A stretch of 64,000 nucleotides of DNA, taken from the NCBI GenBank assembly GCA_016722575.1, contig JADKIY010000007.1, forward strand, positions 5,276 to 69,275, read 5' to 3'. The translations under genes were made by a program, and so were the position numbers. The notes under the pieces were generated by a model. It had not been told where the DNA came from. It did no database searches and saw only the letters and a program-made list of their open reading frames with translations. This stretch comes from Elusimicrobiota bacterium. GTDB taxonomy: Bacteria; Elusimicrobiota; Elusimicrobia; FEN-1173. Shown in pieces: positions 20,101 through 34,688 of this stretch (positions within the stretch are counted from its first letter, which is position 1; each line of letters opens with the position of its first letter).

Positions 20101-20214
20101 GAAACGGGATTCATTTCTCCGGCCTGCGTCGTCGCTGCTCGTCGGTTTCAGGCCGCAAAAGGGCCTGCTCCCTTCTCGCGCCTCGACTCGGCGCGGATAA
20201 ATGAATCCCTTTCT
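20101..20214 (+). promoter_or_regulatory. Candidate structured leader upstream of carB
   Basis: A perfect 11-bp inverted repeat GGGATTCATTT (20106-20116) / AAATGAATCCC (20199-20209) is extendable by GAAA/TTTC and encloses about 82 nt that contain a further hairpin, CAGGCC-GCAAAAG-GGCCTG. Confidence 0.25.
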
Positions 20215-20263
20215 CGACGATCGGTTTCGAGGCAACTTCTAGGAAAGCGAAGGCTCGTTTCCC

Positions 20264-23587
<3,324 letters not shown>

Positions 23588-24085
23588 GTCCTTGGAGGGG
23601 CCGCCCCTTCCTTCGCGGGAGGCCGCGCAAAGGTGGACCGTCTTCTTCTCCGATCGGTGGGCCCCAATCGGATCCCGTCCATTCTTTCCAATCACGGCTT
23701 TTTTTCGTTCCCGGTGCTCGTCCCGAGCCGATCGGCGGCGACCGTCCAATTCGCTAAAGAGGGAAAGCCGGTGCCCCCGTTGGCCTTAATTGTCCGCTGT
23801 TTGATTGCGACTCCACAGGAGGTTTTTATCTCCTGACGGTGAAAGGCCTCCGGAAGGCCCGGAGTCGGTTCCTCCGAGGGCTCACCGCCGCGGGATTCCC
23901 CAACCCGTCTTTGCCGGTTCCCTGGCTGTCGCGGAACGCCTCCCCGCCCTCATTGATCGAAGCGAATCGTTGGAACTTTTTTCCCTTGCGCATTCGCCCA
24001 AACCCGTTAAATAAGACAAATTTTGCCAGCTATTGCGCCCGGGCCGAAGGGGGGATACGCTTGGGGAGACGAGTCCGGGGGGGGT

Positions 24086-24562
24086 ATGGGGTCCTTCAAG
24101 CCGAGGCGGGGGTTTACTCTCATTGAGTTGATGTTGGTGGTCGCCATCATCAGCCTTCTGGCGGCCATTGCCATCCCGAAGTTCGGCAATCTGGTCATCA
24201 AAGCCAAAGAGGCCGCCATCAAAGGGCACCTCGGCTCCCTCCGTTCCGCCATCCACATTTATTACTCAAACAACGAAGGGTTTTATCCGCAAAATATCGT
24301 GGGAATGCTCCTGGACCAGCAAGCCATTCGAAAATGCCTGGTCCCGAATTACATCGACAATATTTCGTTGTTCGAAATTCCGACGGTTCAACACGCCTAC
24401 GGCCTTTCAAGCATGGACGCCCAGGGGGTCCTCAATTACACCGTAACCGATTTTTGGTATGCGGCCGGCTGCAGCACATGGAAATACAACCAATCGATAG
24501 GGTTGCTCTCGGCCAGTTGTTCCCACCAAAACACCTCCGGAAAAACCTGGAGTTTGGAATAA
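24086..24562 (+). CDS. Type IV pilin-like protein, paralogue 3
   Basis: ATG 24086 gives MGSFKPRRG, then [24 protein letters not shown]. It also has YYSNNEGFYP and C-terminal CSHQNTSGKTWSLE. Confidence 0.8.
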   Translation: MGSFKPRRGFTLIELMLVVAIISLLAAIAIPKFGNLVIKAKEAAIKGHLGSLRSAIHIYYSNNEGFYPQNIVGMLLDQQAIRKCLVPNYIDNISLFEIPTVQHAYGLSSMDAQGVLNYTVTDFWYAAGCSTWKYNQSIGLLSASCSHQNTSGKTWSLE

Positions 24563-25001
24563 TGGAATCCCCCTCGCCCCATTCCGGGGGTCCGCTTGGC
24601 CCGAGTTTTAAAATGCCGAGGGTCGGGGCGTTCTGCTATTAAGGTAGGCCTGGAAGGCGGGTGTCTCTATCCGTCCAAAGACGACCGGAGGCCCTCCCGG
24701 CTATTAAGCGACGGCACCCCGGCTGGGGAAAAATCAAGGCTCCGGGGAATCCGAATTTCCATTTCGGGCCACAAGCGACGGCTTGTCAACTCGCCCCAGC
24801 CACTCCATGCAAAAAGATGGCCGGGTGGATTTCGTTGTCTCCTTTTTCCGAAAATAAGCCATTTAAAGCGTCCAATCGCCTTCCCAAGATCCTTTTCACC
24901 AATCCATTTACAATATATTTGAAAGTCCGTTAAATTCGATTTACATTTTATTTGCGTGCATTTTACCGTTTGTTAAGAAATCATTAAGCCCCATGGCGCA
25001 T

Positions 25002-25007
25002 TATAAT
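25002..25007 (+). promoter_or_regulatory. Putative -10 box (TATAAT) in the AT-rich region upstream of the tandem-repeat gene
   Basis: A perfect TATAAT lies 52 nt before ATG 25060. GGAGGA (25050-25055) lies 4 nt before that ATG. Confidence 0.3.
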
Positions 25008-25059
25008 CCCCGCATCTCGGTGGTTGCACGTGTTTCAAAATCGCGTGACGGAGGATCAA

Positions 25060-28000
25060 ATGCGAAAATTAACGTTGGGGACTCTGTTTCAAGTTCCTTC
25101 GGTGATTGTTAAACCCTTGAGTTTCCTAATTACGGCCGCCATGGCTTTCCCCCAAACCGCCTTCGCTCTTTCCGCGCTCGATCCCCGCGGGAACCGGGAA
25201 TCCCGGGGAAGCTCCGCCCAGACCATCTCGGAGCAAGAAGCCGACCAAAACAGGAGATTGGAAACCCTGCAGGGATCCACCGAGAACCAGGGGTTCCAAC
25301 TGCCGTCGGCCGAATCCCTGAACGCGATCCTTTCGGCGGAGGATATGAAGGACGGGCGGGTCGTGAATCCCGCGACGCCGGGTCAACAGGCCGCTTCGGA
25401 TTTAAACGACAGGGTTCGAGCCAACCGAAAACTGACCCCCCGGGGCCCCGCTCGTCTTTCGCCTCGAGGTCGTTCCCCTCAGCCTCCGGCGTCTCTCCCG
25501 CGCACCCAGGCAGGCCAGACGCAAACCACGATGCATTTTACGACGCCGATGGACGTGGGCATTCCCGGAGTCCTCGCGACCGGAAAGTCCGAAGTGTCCA
25601 CCCGGTCGACGGGGTCCGGCGGGGTCCAAGTGGAGGACGCGCGGGCCACGATCGATATTACGGATGGGACAAAAGCCACCCAGGTCCGGCAACGGAGAAT
25701 CCAACCGGACGGTTCCTGGACCGAGACTTCCGTTTTAACTCTTTCGGAAGGAACGAAGCTGGAAAGCGTGACGCGGATGGCGGGGGGCCGTGGGACGACG
25801 TCGTCAATGTTGACGAAGGCGGACGGGACGGTCGTTCAAACGGAATCGGTGTTGGACGCGGCGGGGCGAGTGACGCAAAGCCGGTCGACCGGACCGGAGG
25901 GAACGACGCTTCGAACGGACTACACGTATGACGCCAACGGACGGTTGACGGGTTTTAAGGAGGAAACGCGGAAGGAAACGCGGACGCAAACGCGATTCGA
26001 CCGGCCGGCGGACCTGGGGATTCCGGGGAAGCTCGTGAACGAGACGACGCGGGTGAGCCGGGAGAAGACGGTCGACGGGGTGAAGGCGATCCAGACCGAC
26101 GACGTATAAGTTCGCGGACGGGACGACGGGGACGGGGCGGTCGGAAGAGGTGGTGGAAAGGACGGAACGTCGACCCGAAACGACGTGATAACGATGTCCG
26201 ATGGGGCGCGGCTGGAAAGCGTGACGCGGATGGCGGGGGGTCGCGGGACCGGGACGTCGGTGTTGACGAAGGCGGACGGGACGGTGATCCGGACGGTGGT
26301 GGAGTTGGACGCGGCGGGACGCCTTCAGCGGAGCGAATCGGCCGGACCGGAGGAACGACGCTTCGAACGGACTACACGTATGACGCCAACGGACGGTTGA
26401 CGGGTTTTAAGGAGGAAACGCGGAAGGAAACGCGGACGCAAACGCGATTCGACCGGCCGGCGGACCTTGGGATTCCGGGGAAGCTCGTGAACGAGACGAC
26501 GCGGGTGAGCCGGGAGAAGACGGTCGACGGGGTGAAGGCGATCCAGACCGACACGACGTATAAGTTCGCGGACGGGACGACGGGGACGGGGCGGTCGGAA
26601 GAGGTGGTGGAAAAGGACGGAACGTCGACCCGAAACGACGTGATAACGATGTCCGATGGGGCGCGGCTGGAAAGCGTGACGCGGATGGCGGGGGGTCGCG
26701 GGACCGGGACGTCGGTGTTGACGAAGGCGGACGGGACGGTGATCCGGACGGTGGTGGAGTTGGACGCGGCGGGACGCCTTCAGCGGAGCGAAGTCGACCG
26801 GACCGGAGGGAACGACGCTTCGAACGGACTACACGTATGACGCCAACGGACGGTTGACGGGTTTTAAGGAGGAGACGCGGAAGAAACGCGGACGCAAACG
26901 CGATTCGACCGGCCGGCGGACCTGGGGATTCCGGGGAAGCTGGTGATCGAAATCAAGCGAGTGACGCAGGAGACGACGGTCGACGGGGTGAAGGCGATCC
27001 GCACGACGATGACGTACAAGTTTTCGGACGGATCAACGGGCGAGGGACGGTCGGAAGAGGTGGTGGAAAAGGACGGAACGTCGACCCGAAACGACGTGAT
27101 AACGATGTCCGATGGGGCGCGGCTGGAAAGCGTGACGCGGATGGCGGGGGGTCGCGGGACCGGGACGTCGGTGTTGACGAAGGCGGACGGGACGGTGATC
27201 CGGACGGTGGTGGAGTTGGACGCGGCGGGACGCCTTCAGCGGAGCGAGTCGACCGGACCGGAGGAACGACGCTTCGAACGGACTAACGTATGACGCCAAC
27301 GGACGGTTGACGGGTTTTAAGGAGGAAACGCGGAAGGAAACGCGGACGCAAACGCGATTCGACCGGCCGGCGGACCTGGGGATTCCGGGGAAGCTCGTGA
27401 ACGAGACGACGCGGGTGAGCCGGGAGAAGACGGTCGACGGGGTGAAGGCGATCCAGACCGACACGACGTATAAGTTCGCGGACGGGACGACGGGGACGGG
27501 GCGGTCGGAAGAGGTGGTGGAAAGGACGGAACGTCGACCCGAAACGACGTGATAACGATGTCCGATGGGGCGCGGCTGGAAAGCGTGACGCGGATGGCGG
27601 GGGGTCGCGGGACCGGGACGTCGGTGTTGACGAAGGCGGACGGGACGGTGATCCGGACGGTGGTGGAGTTGGACGCGGCGGGACGCCTTCAGCGGAGCGA
27701 GTCGACCGGACCGGAGGGAACGACGCTTCGAACGGACTACACGTATGACGCCAACGGACGGTTGACGGGTTTTAAGGAGGAGACGCGGAAGGAAACGCGG
27801 ACGCAAACGCGATTCGACCGGCCGGCGGACCTGGGGATTCCGGGAAGCTGGTGATCGAAATCAAGCGAGTGACGCAGGAGACGACGGTCGACGGGGTGAA
27901 GGCGATCCGCACGACGATGACGGCAAGTTTTCGGACGGATCAACGGGCGAGGGACGGTCGGAAGAGGTGGTGGAAAGGACGGAACGTCGACCCGAAACGA

Positions 28001-29240
28001 CGTGATAACGATGTCCGATGGGGCGCGGCTGGAAAGCGTGACGCGGATGGCGGGGGGTCGCGGGACCGGGACGTCGGTGTTGACGAAGGCGGACGGGACG
28101 GTGATCCGGACGGTGGTGGAGTTGGACGCGGCGGGACGCCTTCAGCGGAGCGAATCGGCCGGACCGGAGGGAACGACGCTTCGAACGGACTACACGTATG
28201 ACGCCAACGGACGGTTGACGGGTTTTAAGGAGGAAACGCGGAAGGAAACGCGGACGCAAACGCGATTCGACCGGCCGGCGGACCTTGGGATTCCGGGGAA
28301 GCTCGTGAACGAGACGACGCGGGTGAGCCGGGAGAAGACGGTCGACGGGGTGAAGGCGATCCAGACCGACACGACGTATAAGTTCGCGGACGGGACGACG
28401 GGGACGGGGCGGTCGGAAGAGGTGGTGGAAAGGACGGAACGTCGACCCGAAACGACGTGATAACGATGTCCGATGGGGCGCGGCTGGAAAGCGTGACGCG
28501 GATGGCGGGGGTCGCGGGACCGGGACGTCGGTGTTGACGAAGGCGGACGGGACGGTGATCCGGACGGTGGTGGAGTTGGACGCGGCGGGACGCCTTCAGC
28601 GGAGCGAGTCGACCGGACCGGAGGAACGACGCTTCGAACGGACTACACGTATGACGCCAACGGACGGTTGACGGGTTTTAAGGAGGAGACGCGGAAGGAA
28701 ACGCGGACGCAAACGCGATTCGACCGGCCGGCGGACCTGGGGATTCCGGGGAAGCTGGTGATCGAAATCAAGCGAGTGACGCAGGAGACGACGGTCGACG
28801 GGGTGAAGGCGATCCGCACGACGATGACGTACAAGTTTTCGGACGGATCAACGGGCGAGGGACGGTCGGAAGAAGTGGTGCAGCGGAATGGATCGTCGGT
28901 CCGAAACGACCGGATCGCGTTGGCGGACGGGACGAAGTTGGAAAGTGTGAGGCGGATGGGTTCCCGGGGCGGAACGGTGTCGTCGGTGTTGACGACGGCG
29001 AACGGAACAATCTTCCGGACGAATACGCAGTTGGACAGGAAGGGGCGGATTGTCCGGAGCGAGTCGACGTGGCCGAAGGGGACGACGCTTCAAACGGACT
29101 ACACGTACGACACCGCCGGGCGGTTGACCGGGTATAAATATATTACGAAGGAGGGGAAGAACAATGAGACGCGGGGGGTGATGCGATTCAATCCGCCGGT
29201 CCAAATCTACGATTTCGCCGGGAGGATAACGGGTATCTGA
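25060..29240 (+). pseudogene. Large secreted YD/RHS-like tandem-repeat protein, reading frame broken at least 8 times (true pseudogene or repeat-assembly error)
   Basis: Signal-like N-terminus MRKLTLGTLFQVPSVIVKPLSFLITAAMAFPQTAFA. The pieces 25024-26109, 26185-26400, 26397-26840, 26943-27293, 27307-27552, 27549-27854, 28002-28460 and 28668-29240 all translate to the same ~152-aa unit, which contains RTDYTYDANGRLTGF. Confidence 0.7.
25730..29240 (+). repeat. Tandem array of about 7.7 units of 453-456 bp
   Basis: The marker string GTGATAACGATGTCCGATGG recurs at about 26185, 26640, 27096, 27549, 28002 and 28457. The flanking units (25730-26184 and 28912-29240) are more divergent. Confidence 0.9.
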
Positions 29241-29271
29241 AAAGTGGGGCGGGCGGCCGCCGCCGGAAAGG

Positions 29272-31876
29272 TCAATTAAACCCGTAGCGGCGGATGTAGA
29301 ACTTTTTGGCGCTCTGCACGGTGAATAAATAGCCGATCACCAAGACGGCCAGGGCCTCTACGAGTCCGGCGGGAGGGCGGACGAAGCCCAGGGCGGGGGC
29401 GAAGGGCGAGTAGGGGAGCGACCAGGCCAGGGCCAGGAGGCCGAGGCTCGAGGCCAGGAGCGGTCGGCTGGGCCGGCTGTCGATCCACGGGCGCCCGTCG
29501 GTGCGGATCACGTGGATCACGAGGGTTTGGCTGGCGATGGATTCCAGGAACCATCCCGTGTGAAACAAGGCCGCGTCGGCGTGGAACCCTTTGAGCAGGA
29601 CCCCGAAGGTCAAAAAGTCGAAGAGCGAACTGATGGGGCCGAAGAAAAACATGAACGACCGCAAGCGCGCGATGTCCCAGGGGCGGGGCCCCGTGGTTTG
29701 GGATTCGTCCACCCGGTCCGTGGGGATCGCGAGCTGGGAGAGGTCGTAAAGGAAGTTGTTCACCAGCACCTGAAGGGGCAGCATGGGCAGGAAGGGGAGC
29801 AGGAGGCTCGCCCCGGTCATGCTCAGCATGTTGCCGAAGTTGGAGCTCGCGCCCATCCGGATGTATTTGAGGATGTTGGCGAAGGTCCGCCGGCCCTCGC
29901 GCACGCCGTCGGAAAGGATCATCAGGCTTTTTTGAAGTAAAATCAAATCGGCGGATTCCTTGGCGATGTCCACCGCCGTGTCCACCGAGATGCCGACGTC
30001 GGCGGCCTTGAGCGCCAGGGCGTCGTTGATCCCGTCCCCCAGGAACCCCACCACCCGCCCCCGGCTTTTAAGCAACCGCACCAGTCGTTCTTTTTGAAGA
30101 GGCGAAAGGCGGGAAAGCACGTTGACCGTCGCCAGCTTCTCCGATAGGACGTCGTCGGTCAGGTCGTCCAAATCCGTGCCGGTCAAAGTGCCGCGCACTT
30201 CCAACCCCACCTGTCGGCACACGGTCTCGGTGACGAGCGAATTGTCCCCCGTGAGAATCTTGCATTCCACGCCCTGGGCCGCCAGGGCCCGAAGGGCCTC
30301 CCCCGCCGAGGGCTTGGGCGGGTCCAGGAAGGCCAAATACCCCTTGAGGGTTAGATGGGCTTCGTCTTCTTTCCCGTAGGCCGGGCGGGCGTCCATGTCC
30401 CGGTAGGCCAGGGCCAACACCCGGAATCCGGCGCGGCTCAATTCGTCCTGCTCGCGCCGAAGGTCGGCCAACAGCAGGGCGTCCATGGGCAGGGTTTCGT
30501 CGTCCAATTCAAAAAAATCGCACCGCTTGTAGATTTCCTCGGGAGCGCCCTTGATCAGGAGGCGGTGCCGGGCTCCGTTGGTCACCACCACGGACATGAG
30601 CCGGCGGGAGAAATCGAAAGGGATTTCGTCGACCTTCTCGATCCCTTCGACGGAAATGTCGGTGTGGCTCAAGATGGCCCGGTCCAGCAGGTTTTTCAGG
30701 CCCGTCTGAAAATGGCTGTTGAGATAGGCCATACGAAGGACCGATTCGTCCTCGTGCCTCACCACGTCGCAATGGCTTTCCAGCACGACCTTGTCCTCGG
30801 TCAAGGTGCCCGTTTTGTCCGTGCACAGGACGTCCATGGCGCCCAGGTTTTGAAGGGCGTTCAGGCGTTTGACGATCACTTTTTCCGGCCAGGGCCAACG
30901 CGCCCCGGGACAAATTGAGCGTCACGAGCATGGGCAGCATCTCCGGGGTGAGGCCGACCGCCACGGCCAAGGCGAAAAAGAAAGCCTCGGGCAGGTTGCG
31001 CCGGGCGAAGAGGTTGATCAGGAAGATGACGCTTACCAAGACCCCCATGGCCCGGACCATGAACCAGACGAAGCGCTGAACGCCGCGGTCGAAGGCCGAG
31101 TCCTCGCCCCGTTCCGCCAGGCGCCGCACCACCGCGCCGAATTGGGCCCGGTTCCCCGTGGCCACCACCAGGCCCAGCCCCGTGCCGCTCACCACCGAGG
31201 AGCCCATGAAGGCGATGTTGGTTAAATCGGAAAGAGCGGGGCGGGCCGCCGTCGGCCCGGCGGGGGATTTTTCCACCGGGAGGGACTCGCCCGTGAGGGC
31301 CGACTGGTTTAAAAAGAGGTCCTTGGACTGAAGAACCCGGAGGTCGGCCGGGATCATGTCCCCGGCGTAGAGATCGACCACGTCGCCTTCGACCAAATCC
31401 CGGAAAGGGAGTTCGACGGACCCGCCGTTCCGCAAGACCGTGGCCCGGGCCCGAACGACTTGGCTCAATTTCTCCGCGGCGCGGCCGGCCCGGGCTTCCT
31501 GGAAGAACGACAATCCCACGCTGATCAAGGACATTCCCAGGACGATGGAAGCGCTCACCCGATCGCCGAAGAAAAGCGACGCCCCGGCGATCACGAGCAA
31601 AACGACGATCAAAGGGTCGGCCAACTTGGACAGGAGTTGAAGCAGGAGACCGCGCTTTCGTTTTCGGGAGGGCTCGTTGGGGCCGGTGGCGAGACGCCGG
31701 GTTCGGACTTCTGCTTCGGAAAGTCCGGCCGGGGTCGCTTTAAATTCGGCGAAAAGGTCCGGAAGCGGGGCCGAGGCCCAATGGGCGGGGGAGAGAGGGC
31801 CCCGGTCGGAAACGTCGGGGAATTTAAAAGCGGGGGTCGTCAATCGGCCGCTGGCGGCAAAACCACGGTGAAACAA
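29272..31876 (-). CDS. mgtA: Mg2+-importing P-type ATPase (MgtA-like), one frameshift in a T5 run (A5 on the coding strand) at 30880-30884
   Basis: CTDKTGTLTEDKV, TGDN, GDGINDALALKAADVGISV and the MgtA-like tail HTGWFLESIASQTLVIHVIRT. Removing one A joins ...LALAGK to VIVKRLNALQNLGAMDVL. Confidence 0.8.
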
Positions 31877-32950
31877 CTTCCCGCGTCCGGGGCGCTTTGG
31901 ACCGACACCCGACCGCCGTGGTTTTCCACGATGTGTTTGACGATGGAGAGCCCCAGGCCGGTTCCGCCGGTTTCCCGGGCGCGCGCCTTGTCCACCCGGT
32001 AGAAGCGTTCAAACAGCCGTTCTTGGTCCTCCGCGGCGATGCCCACGCCGGTGTCGTTGACTTTCACCACAATGGTCGCGCCGACCCGTTGGGCCGAAAG
32101 GGTCACCCGGCCGTTTTCGCGGTTGAATTTGATGGCGTTGTCGATGAGGTTCATGAGGATCTGGGTCAATTCGTCCGAAGGGAGGGCGACGCTCAACCCG
32201 GGAGGGGCGTCGCCCAGCGAGATCGAAACGTTCTTCTTCCGGGCCAGGGGGCCCAGGGCCGTCGCCACCCGGCGGGCGATTTCGGCCACTTCCGCCCGGG
32301 CGCCGACCGGGGACGCGGAGCCCGGTTTTTCCAACCGGGACAGGGTGAGGAGGTCGTCGATCAGCCGCTGGAGGCGGTCCACTTGGTCCTGGGCGGTCGA
32401 AAGAAAATCCTTGGCCGCGACCGGGTCGTCCACGGCGCCGTCGACCAAGGGTTTCCAGGGCGGCCCGGAGCGCGGTGAGCGGCGTTTTAAGTTCGTGGGA
32501 AACGTTGGCGACGAAATCTTTCCGGACGTTTTCCAACCGCCGGGCGTGGGTGAGGTCGTCGAAGGTCAACCACACGCCAAGCCCTCCCCGGTGTTGAAAA
32601 GGGAAAGAGCGCACCCGGTAGAGGCGCTCGGGGGAGGTTTGGAGAACGATTTCGCGCTCCTCGGCGCGGCCCGCGAGGCCCCGGTCCGCCAGGTCGGTGA
32701 CGTCCCGTTGGCGAAGGACCTCCCACAGCCGTAGGCCGATCGTTTGTTCGGGCGGGCGGTTTAAGACGGGGGAGAGGGCTTCGTTGGCCAACAACACGCG
32801 GCCGCCTTCCCCCAGAGCCAGCGCCCCCTGGGAGAGGGCGTTTAACAGAGAGGCCAAAAAAGGATCCAGGGCGGGGGCGGAGGCGGTCGGGTTTTCGGGG
32901 GCGCGAGGGGGCGTTCGGCCGGAAGATTTCCAGCGTTTCCAGAAGGTCAC
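31840..32950 (-). CDS. Sensor histidine kinase (PhoR-like, PAS + HisKA + HATPase_c), one frameshift near 32445-32446
   Basis: H-box FVANVSHELKTPLTAL and N/G boxes LMNLIDNAIKF and DTGVGI...GGTGLGLSIVKHIV. Removing one G joins ...RAALETL to VDGAVDDP. Confidence 0.8.
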
Positions 32951-33636
32951 GGCTCGAGGAGAAACCGATAGCCGACGTTTTTGACGGTGCGCACGCGCTT
33001 TTTCTCGGCGCCCAGCTTGGACCGCAAACGCGCGACGTGTTGATCCACGGTGCGGGTGTCGATGTCCATGGCCCGGTCCAGGCCCCAGACTCGTTCCAGC
33101 AGGTCTTCCCGAGAGAGGGCTTTGCCTCCCGCGGCCCAGAGGGTTCGGAGCAATTCGAATTCCTTGCCGGTCAAGGAAAGGGGTTTTTTGGCCAGGCGCA
33201 GTTCGTAGCGCTCCGGGTCCAGTTCGAGGGCGCCGACGGCGAGCGGCGCGCCCGCGGCCGCCGGGGCGGCGGTTCGACGGAGAAGCGTTTTGATCCGGGT
33301 CAGGACTTCCCGGACGGAAAAGGGCTTGGTCACGTAGTCGTCCGCGCCCATTTCCAAACCGACGATCTTGTCGATTTCCGCGCTTTTGGCGGTGAGCATC
33401 AAGACGGGAACGCCCGGGTCCGTTTGGCGGATCAGGCGGCAGACCTCCAGGCCGTCCACCTTGGGCAACATGAGGTCCAGGACGACCAGGCGGGGTTTTT
33501 CCCGGCGGAAAAGGGCCACCCCCGCCTCGCCGTCCTCGGCGTGGGTGACGTGGTAGCCGTCTTTTTCCAGGTTGTAGCGGAGGATTTTGGCGATGGCCCG
33601 GTCGTCTTCCACCAGGAGGACTTTGGTCTTGGCCAT
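32947..33636 (-). CDS. OmpR/PhoB-family response regulator
   Basis: Receiver motifs (LLVEDD, VLDLMLPKVDG, LTAK) plus a winged-helix C-terminus (LTGKEFELL, VDQHVARLRSKL, TVKNVGYRF). Confidence 0.9.
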   Translation of the reverse strand: MAKTKVLLVEDDRAIAKILRYNLEKDGYHVTHAEDGEAGVALFRREKPRLVVLDLMLPKVDGLEVCRLIRQTDPGVPVLMLTAKSAEIDKIVGLEMGADDYVTKPFSVREVLTRIKTLLRRTAAPAAAGAPLAVGALELDPERYELRLAKKPLSLTGKEFELLRTLWAAGGKALSREDLLERVWGLDRAMDIDTRTVDQHVARLRSKLGAEKKRVRTVKNVGYRFLLEP

Positions 33637-33655
33637 GGGGGAGGGCCCGAGGGGG

Positions 33656-34036
33656 CTAGCGGTTCGGGCGCCGGAAGAGGGAGCGGACCCGGGCCATCAA
33701 TTCTTTTTCCCCGAAGGGCTTGGTGAGGTAATCGTCGGCGCCGACGGAAAGCCCGGTCACCTTGTCCGATTCCTTCTTTTGCCCGGTCAGCATCAAAATG
33801 AGCACGCGGTCGTCGTCCCGGCGGATTTCGTCGCAGACGGTGACGCCGTCTTTGAGCGGCATGGAGACGTCCAGGATCACCAACTGGGGTTTTTCCCGGC
33901 GGTAGAGGTCCAGGGCGGCCTGGCCGTCGTTGGCGGCCCAGACGGTGTAGCCTTCCAGCTCCAGCATGCGTTTGACGATGTGGGTGATGTCTTCCTCGTC
34001 GTCGGCGATGACGATTTTTCCTTTGGATTCGGTCAT
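33656..34036 (-). CDS. Single-domain (CheY-like) response regulator
   Basis: 126 aa, receiver domain only: IVIADDEEDI, ILDVSMPLKDG, LTGQ and ADDYLTKPF. Confidence 0.85.
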   Translation of the reverse strand: MTESKGKIVIADDEEDITHIVKRMLELEGYTVWAANDGQAALDLYRREKPQLVILDVSMPLKDGVTVCDEIRRDDDRVLILMLTGQKKESDKVTGLSVGADDYLTKPFGEKELMARVRSLFRRPNR

Positions 34037-34043
34037 GGGGTCC

Positions 34044-34688
34044 TCACGCGGGCACCGCCCGGCGGCCGGAGAGCGCCTGGGCGAGAGTGTGTTCGTCGGC
34101 GTACTGGATGACGCTGCCGGAGGGAAGCCCCGACGCCAGGCGCGTCACGCGGACGCCGCGGTTTTTAAGAAGGTCGGCCAGATAGGCGGCCGTCGTTTCG
34201 CCTTCCACCGATGGGTTGGTGGCCAAAATCACTTCGTCGGTGGTGCCGCCGGCCACGCGGCCCAGGAGGGCCTCGATGCGGAGCTCCTCGGGGCCCACCC
34301 CGTCCAGGGCCGAAAGCACGCCGCCCAGCACGTGGTATTTCCCGCCGAAGGCGCGGCTGCGTTCCAGGGCCGCCAGGTCGCCCACGTCCTCCACGACGCA
34401 GAGCAGGCGGTCGTCCCGGTGGGGGTCCCGGCAACGGTTGCAGGGGCCGTCGGCTTCGGGCAGGCCCGCGGCGTCGGCCGCCTCCAGCGGAGCGCCCTCC
34501 ACGAAGTCGCCGCACAGAGGGCAACGGCGCATGCGGGCCCGGGCGTCGGCCAGGGCCAGGAGCAGGGCGTCCCCGGCGTCCCGCCGGCGGATCAAATGGA
34601 GGGCCGCGCGTTCCGCCATTTTGGGGCCCACGCCGGGCATCCCCAAGAGGGCCGACACCAAACGGTCCCAGGCGCCGGTCCCGTTCAT
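34044..34688 (-). CDS. recR: Recombination protein RecR
   Basis: LPGVGPKMAERAALHL, the C4 zinc finger and the Toprim region EVILATNPSVEGETTA. Confidence 0.9.
   Translation of the reverse strand: MNGTGAWDRLVSALLGMPGVGPKMAERAALHLIRRRDAGDALLLALADARARMRRCPLCGDFVEGAPLEAADAAGLPEADGPCNRCRDPHRDDRLLCVVEDVGDLAALERSRAFGGKYHVLGGVLSALDGVGPEELRIEALLGRVAGGTTDEVILATNPSVEGETTAAYLADLLKNRGVRVTRLASGLPSGSVIQYADEHTLAQALSGRRAVPA

Noticed and set aside
25730-29240. The regularly spaced repeats as a CRISPR array.
   Set aside because: The period is about 455 bp with no short unique spacers. The repeats are contiguous and translate into a consistent protein unit, and there are no cas genes in the window.
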